From Eledone cirrhosa (Eukaryota), in NCBI GenBank assembly GCA_964016885.1, contig OZ024740.1:325872001-325936000 (forward strand): a DNA stretch of 64,000 bases. The letters are read 5' to 3'. Positions 58,516 to 64,000 of this stretch are shown here, piece by piece. The position numbers were made by a program, and so were the translations under genes. Under the pieces are notes generated by a model. That model made no database searches. It worked only from the letters and a program-made list of their open reading frames with translations, and was not told the DNA's origin. Position 1 is the first letter of the stretch; each line of letters starts with the position of its first letter.

Positions 58516-59542
58516 CAATATATAACAGTTTTACAAATAGGTTTGACGTACCCTTTAAAATACAACCATTACCTTTGGAGGCTGTCTGGATAGTGATTTG
58601 TTCATATAATAAGCCATAGTGTTAAGCACAATTAGAAAAAGACGGAGAGAAAGAAAGAGAAAAGAACAAAGACAGAGAGAGAGAAAGAAAAGAGAAAGAA
58701 AACCTGGAGAAATATCGGAGAGAGAGAGAAAAGTATGGAGAAAAGAAAGAGATAGATAAAGATAGGAGGAAATAAAAAAGAAAGAAAAGGAAGGAATAAG
58801 AAAAACAAAGGAAAGCAACAGTAAGATATCAAGTCATCATACAGAAAGAGAAACTCAAGAGAGAGAAATACTATATAGAGAGAGGGGGACAGTGACAACT
58901 TTACGTCATGTCATATTAAGTTAAGTTAACAATTTATATGAAATGAATAATAAAAATATAAATATAAGTATCAATATTCATGAATGGGACATAGATATAT
59001 AATATGAGAAATTAAACATTGTTCAATAATGACCATATGTTTAGTTTAGAAACTTGAGATCAATATACCAAAATCTGAGTTCAAAATGTACCCTTGGTAT
59101 AGAGATTAGTATTTTATGCAAAGACATACAAATACATATGTATATATACATACATATAGATACGCACGTCCTGAAAATAGAAATTATGTTTACTCAAGCC
59201 AACAATATAGCCATACAAAACGTAAATAATGTTTTTCTTATTCCTTTGTTTTTCTTATTCCTTCCTTTTCTTTCTTTCTTTTTTATTTCTTCCTATCTTT
59301 ATCTATCTCTTTCTTTTCACCATACTTTTCTCTCTCTCTCCGATATTTCTCCAGGTTTTCTTTCTCTTTTCTTTCTCTCTCTCTGTCTTTGTTCTTTTCT
59401 CTTTCTTTCTTTCCGTCTTTTTCTAATTGTGCTTAACACTATGACTTATTATATAAACAAATCACTATCCAGACAGCCTCCAAAAGTAATGGTTGTATTT
59501 TAAAGGGTACGTCAAACCTATTTGTAAAACTGTTATATATTG

Positions 59543-59607
59543 TATTTTGTCTGATGAAGGCATACCATAATTTAATGTGGTATCCCTGAAATATGTATAA
59601 TGAAATA
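59543..59607 (+). ncRNA. Minimal type I hammerhead ribozyme motif
   Basis: UAUUUUGU-CUGAUGA-AGGCAUACCAUA...UGUGGUAUCCCU-GAAA-UAUGUA-UA^AUGAAAUA; 8-bp stem I, long stem II, self-complementary stem III loop. Confidence 0.75.
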
Positions 59608-59759
59608 AATATGGTTTTATAAATATAGTTTCCATTTATTAATATCGTATATCTACTCCAAAAATTTGTCGAGTGCTTTATATCAGTTATAAAAATATTT
59701 ACTTGTATCCCAACAATTTTAAATAGAACTTTTGCACATATATATATATATATATTTAT

Positions 59760-59817
<58 letters not shown>

Positions 59818-59841
59818 ATATATATATATGATATATATATA

Positions 59842-59902
<61 letters not shown>

Positions 59903-60069
59903 TCTATCAGAGTAATTCTACAGTTTGTTGCATAAACTGGCATTACAAGCGCAATACTTCCTTAATGCTCGAAATTGCCTGCCTGCAAAGTAGCTGACAA
60001 GCTAAAGATACAGTTGTCTGTTCATCTTATGGAACTATGTGCATTTTCTGCTCTCTCTCTCTCTCTCTC

Positions 60070-60114
<45 letters not shown>

Positions 60115-60444
60115 GCTAGCATGGAAGATGGACGTTAAACGATGATGATGATGATGATGATATATATACAAAATTCGCTACAAAGAGTAGTCAGCTCTTA
60201 GTAGTAGTGTGCGCGCGTGCGTGTGTGAATTTTCTTTGAAATGAAAAGGATTTAGAAGAATATATATTCACTTGAAATTCTGTATTTAGGATTATATATG
60301 TGTGTATGTGCATACTGAGGTATATAGACATCTGTGTGCGTTTATATTTTCCTTGGGCTATATATGACTTATCTTTATGTGAAAAATCTCAAACTATGGA
60401 TAACTGTAATATCGTACTTTCCCCTCTCTCTCTCTCCTGTTTCC

Positions 60445-60735
60445 ATGGCAAACAACTATTGAAGCTCTACTAATATCAGAATATAAACCAAAAATTAACA
60501 CACTAATACAGCGTATGTAGTAAAACCAGTTACAATGAATTCCATGCTTCAACCATTGAGAACATTTTAATTAGGCATCTATGATTTCCTACCAACCCAT
60601 GATATTTTCGGCCACTGCTAAGCATATGACCAATGCATCACTAGTATGACAATTCAGATTCTGAAGATGGAGCCGTGAAGGTCTCGAAACGTTAATACAC
60701 ACATGAATTTAAGAACTCTACTGTTTTAAATTAAT
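60445..60735 (+). mobile_element. Penelope-like 3' end with hammerhead at 60658-60696
   Basis: IEALLISEYKPKINT, then AUU-CUGAAGA-UGGAGCC(GUGA)AGGUCUC-GAAACGUU^AAU; homologous to 46640-46930. Confidence 0.72.
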
Positions 60736-61465
60736 TGTTTCTACTTTAGGCACAAGGCCAGCAATTACCCAGTGCATTACTGGTACTTTATTTTATCGAC
60801 CCCGTAAGGATGAAAGGCAAAGTCAACCTCGGCGGGATTTGAACTCAGATCGTAAAGGGACGTAACTATGCTGGAAAGCATGGCGTCCGACCCTCTACCG
60901 ATACTGCTAATCCACCGATGTCTGTGGGACATATGTGTCATCGTGTGTTTATGTATGGTTACAGTAGGGAAAGTGATAAGGATCCCAAAGCATTGAGACA
61001 AGGAAGTGAAACTCCTAAATTAGATGTTATTATTCTTGCTATGGAATTCAACAATACCTTATGGCAAACAATAACCAAATAAGAATAAGAAAAAGTTTGA
61101 AGTAATAAAGAGCGTGTTTTCAGAGAAAAAACCGAGATTCTTCTTCCCGGTGGTAGAAACTTCCGATTGATAATAGATAGTTGAGCCGAAAGATTTTGGG
61201 AATATTGAATTGCTAAGGTAGCTTTCAGTCGTTCCCGCTTTTTTTTATTTTGCTTTCTCTCTCAATTCCCTTCTGATTTATTAACTTCGCAATCTAACCC
61301 ACTTGCATTGCACGGCTTTCTAAACAAACAAACAGACTTTTCAGTTTCATATTTTACAAGGCTTCAAGCAAACTATCACACCACAGATATAACGAAAATA
61401 TCAAAACAAACGGCACAGTACATGGAAGGAGTACATTAATTTAACGCTTGAAATAGCTGGAAACG

Positions 61466-61501
61466 TCTTAACGTTTCAGACGCTAGTCCTTCATCAGAAG
61501 A
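61466..61501 (-). ncRNA. Minimal hammerhead motif; mutated relative at ~31538-31573 (+)
   Basis: UCUU-CUGAUGA-AGGAC(UAGC)GUCU-GAAACGUU^AAGA; flanks are homologous to 31540-31650, where GAAA has become AAAA. Confidence 0.65.
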
Positions 61502-62038
61502 AAGAATGAGAAATTAAAGAAGTAAAAAGATTGAGGAAACGGACAGAGCGGTAACGGAAAAAATATTTTTAGAGAAAAATAACAGGTCTATTCATGTAAC
61601 AATCTCTTGGAAAACTGTTGATGCTGGCGATTTGTGTATGATATACTTTTCTTGAAAAGTTGATGATGGAGCACGTCTATCTGAAAGGAAAAGAAAAAAC
61701 ATGTGCGCGTGCGTATACATGTGTGTGTGTGTATACATGTGTGTGTGTGTTATACGTCCGTACGAAGCTAAGAGGATATGTGTGTGCATATGTAAGTAAA
61801 AGAGTGTCTGTGTGTGTGTATGCTTATAAGTACGAAGCTGTGAGCAAAAGTATGTATATATAAGAGAGAGTGTGTGTGTACAGAGCTGTGAAAGTAAGTG
61901 TAGTGTGTATGCGTTTTTTGTTGGTCTATATAAGCTGTAAGAGTATATGTTTCTGATTATAACAGAACCATAGCAACCAAGGGGGTTAAAGTACGCGCGC
62001 GTGTGACAACGGACGGAGTAAACGTGACGGTGATAAGG

Positions 62039-62074
<36 letters not shown>

Positions 62075-62081
<7 letters not shown>

Positions 62082-63050
62082 TATAAATGAGAGTGTATGT
62101 GTGTATCTGTGCGTCCTAAAGAAAAACGGTTTTCGTGGGGGGGGGGGGGGGATTTTAGACAAACACTCTCAGTCATTCCAAAAGGCAAGAGGATTTATCA
62201 AATCCGAGCCTGTTTGAAAAAACCGGCACTTTGGACTTCTATCAAAGTTTTGAGGCTCGCTACAAACATGGGGGCATATCTTGGTGGAGATGAACAATCA
62301 GAGCAGTTTGCCCTGAATCTATTAATGCTTGAACGGAAGACTTCCTGTAGATAGAAAAGGAGCTTTTGATATAAGTCTCATAGGCACGATGGTGGAATCA
62401 TTCCATCTCATAGATAAAGTGTTCCCTAATCTTGAATATCAGTTCGCAAGAGTCACTAGTGGCTCAGTGAAAGGGCTATATTGGCCCCGAAAAATGTTAC
62501 TGTGAAATTGGTAAATCAAGAGCTGTTAAAAAGAATTCCAAAGGTTTCGAAATTCTATCAATCTGTCGACACTGTGGTGGAACAGTCGGAAGCTGTCAAT
62601 TACCGGACAGAGTTCCTCAACTCTTTAGAACCATTAGGAATACCTCCACATGTCCTTCACTTTAAAGAAGGAGCAGCCGTCATGTTATTGAGGAATTTGG
62701 ACCCACCAAGGCTATGCAACGGAACTTGATTGATTGTGAAAAATATGTATCCACACGTGATTCAAGCCACCATTTTAATACGATGTGGTAAGGTAGAGGA
62801 TGTATTCGTTCCAAGAATTCCTGTTATCCCCACTGATGTCCCATTTCAATTCAAACGACTTCAATTTCCAGTGAGTCTTAGTTTAACAAATCACAAGGAC
62901 AAATATTTTCGTTTGCCGGTTTACATGTTGAAGAACCCTGCTTCACCTATGGTCACCTTCACATTGGATTTTCAAGAAAAGGAAGTCAGAAAAATCTTTA
63001 CATTATGACCAGATAGAAAAACAACAAACATTGTTAATATAAACATTATA
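62075..63050 (+). mobile_element. Internally deleted Helitron with a degenerate PIF1-type helicase segment
   Basis: LAPKN, EFLNSLEPLGIPPHVL, VMLLRNLDPPRLCNGT, VFVPRIPVIPTDVPFQFKRLQFPV; stops and frameshifts present. Confidence 0.88.
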
Positions 63051-63098
63051 AATTGACTCAATTAATAAAGAAATCCGTCCTCATCAAGGGGTCTATAT

Positions 63099-63210
<112 letters not shown>

Positions 63211-63214
63211 ATAT

Positions 63215-64000
63215 GGTCGTTTTGGAAGCCTCAACAATGCAGATGGGTAATTCTCCGGGTAACAAGATCCGGTGGTGAAGAAAGAGATGTAAGTGAATGT
63301 AGAATGAGATGTATAGTGTGTATAAGAACGTAGGAAAGAGCGTAAAAAATAAAAATAATAACACGAGATAGAGTTACCTTGGGAGAGATTTAATTGTCCC
63401 TATATTTCGGATTCACATCCATCAATTGGGGGGGTTTCCGGGGGGGTTATCTGTCGGAGAGGAGCGATACGTGTCCTCTGCTGTTCGTTGTTTTGAATAA
63501 CTGAGGTATTCAATGACAAACAGAGATTCCGATGCTCTGCAGAACTCATCTGCAATGTCAGTTTTGACAGCGCCGGGAATAGGCGAAGCTCCCAACGAGG
63601 TTTGGTGGCCTCGGCCACCGATCCGCTTCGGATCTGGCTGGCTCTACCGGCCTACCTTTCCTCAATCTCCTTCAGTCGCGTTCTCGTCAGCGAATTTCTC
63701 AGCAAGACGTCCGAACCTGATGTGGCACCAGAGCTCGAACAGGCTCTGGCCGACTGGACAGGCGAAGGCCTCTCTGTCCCCCAGATACAAATACCCGACG
63801 TAACTGGGACGACATCAAATGCTGCTCTTCCTTCAGGCGAATCGAGTCTGGCTTGAACCAACACCGCCCCGCCTGCCTCCGCTCCGCGTCACAGCCATAC
63901 AGTGGCGCCTGGCTCAATTCGGTGCCCTCCTCATCAACCGGTACCCTTCCTGATGACGAGTGCACGTTCATCGGAGTAACCGAACGCCTCGGCCTCCGCG
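63215..64000. mobile_element. GC-rich unclassified repeat running off the right edge
   Basis: First ~300 bp homologous to 4645-4975; abrupt GC rise after a (TA)(CA) tract; no recognisable domain in the short ORFs. Confidence 0.5.

Larger units (their letters stand above)
58406..59652. repeat. Foldback element: ~410-bp near-perfect inverted arms (58406-58813 / 59241-59652), ~427-bp spacer, hammerhead on each arm
   Basis: ORF-track translations 58555-58818(-) and 59054-59503(+) are nearly identical over the shared part; long (TA)n tracts on both sides. Confidence 0.93.

Noticed and set aside
63950-63990. CTGATGA followed by a possible stem; also CTGACGA at ~41974
   Set aside because: No correctly placed GAAA or closing stems, so not a hammerhead.

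Overview
AT-rich, microsatellite-dense animal genomic DNA; the repeat content suggests an octopus-like coleoid cephalopod (inference). One host gene is recognisable: the 5' part of a 10-formyltetrahydrofolate dehydrogenase (ALDH1L1/ALDH1L2 family) on the minus strand. Nine coding exons were traced by hand from 45571 down to 771. All have GT-AG junctions in consistent phase and cover the hydrolase and carrier domains; the ALDH domain lies beyond the left edge. The rest is mostly transposable elements: a near-intact RTE LINE with a PHD-like finger plus truncated copies, a 5'-inverted RTE, a CR1-type LINE, a Gypsy pol remnant, Penelope-like (GIY-YIG) remnants, Helitrons, MITEs and tRNA-derived SINEs. 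Most notable: (1) long foldback elements in (TA)n tracts with a hammerhead ribozyme motif on each arm, among at least eight hammerhead motifs in the window; (2) an upstream exon adding an in-frame mitochondrial-type presequence ahead of a retained cytosolic-type Met; (3) a 36-bp minisatellite built from the exon-6 splice donor; (4) inverted repeat pairs bracketing exon 3 and exons 4-6. All coordinates and alignments were read by eye.
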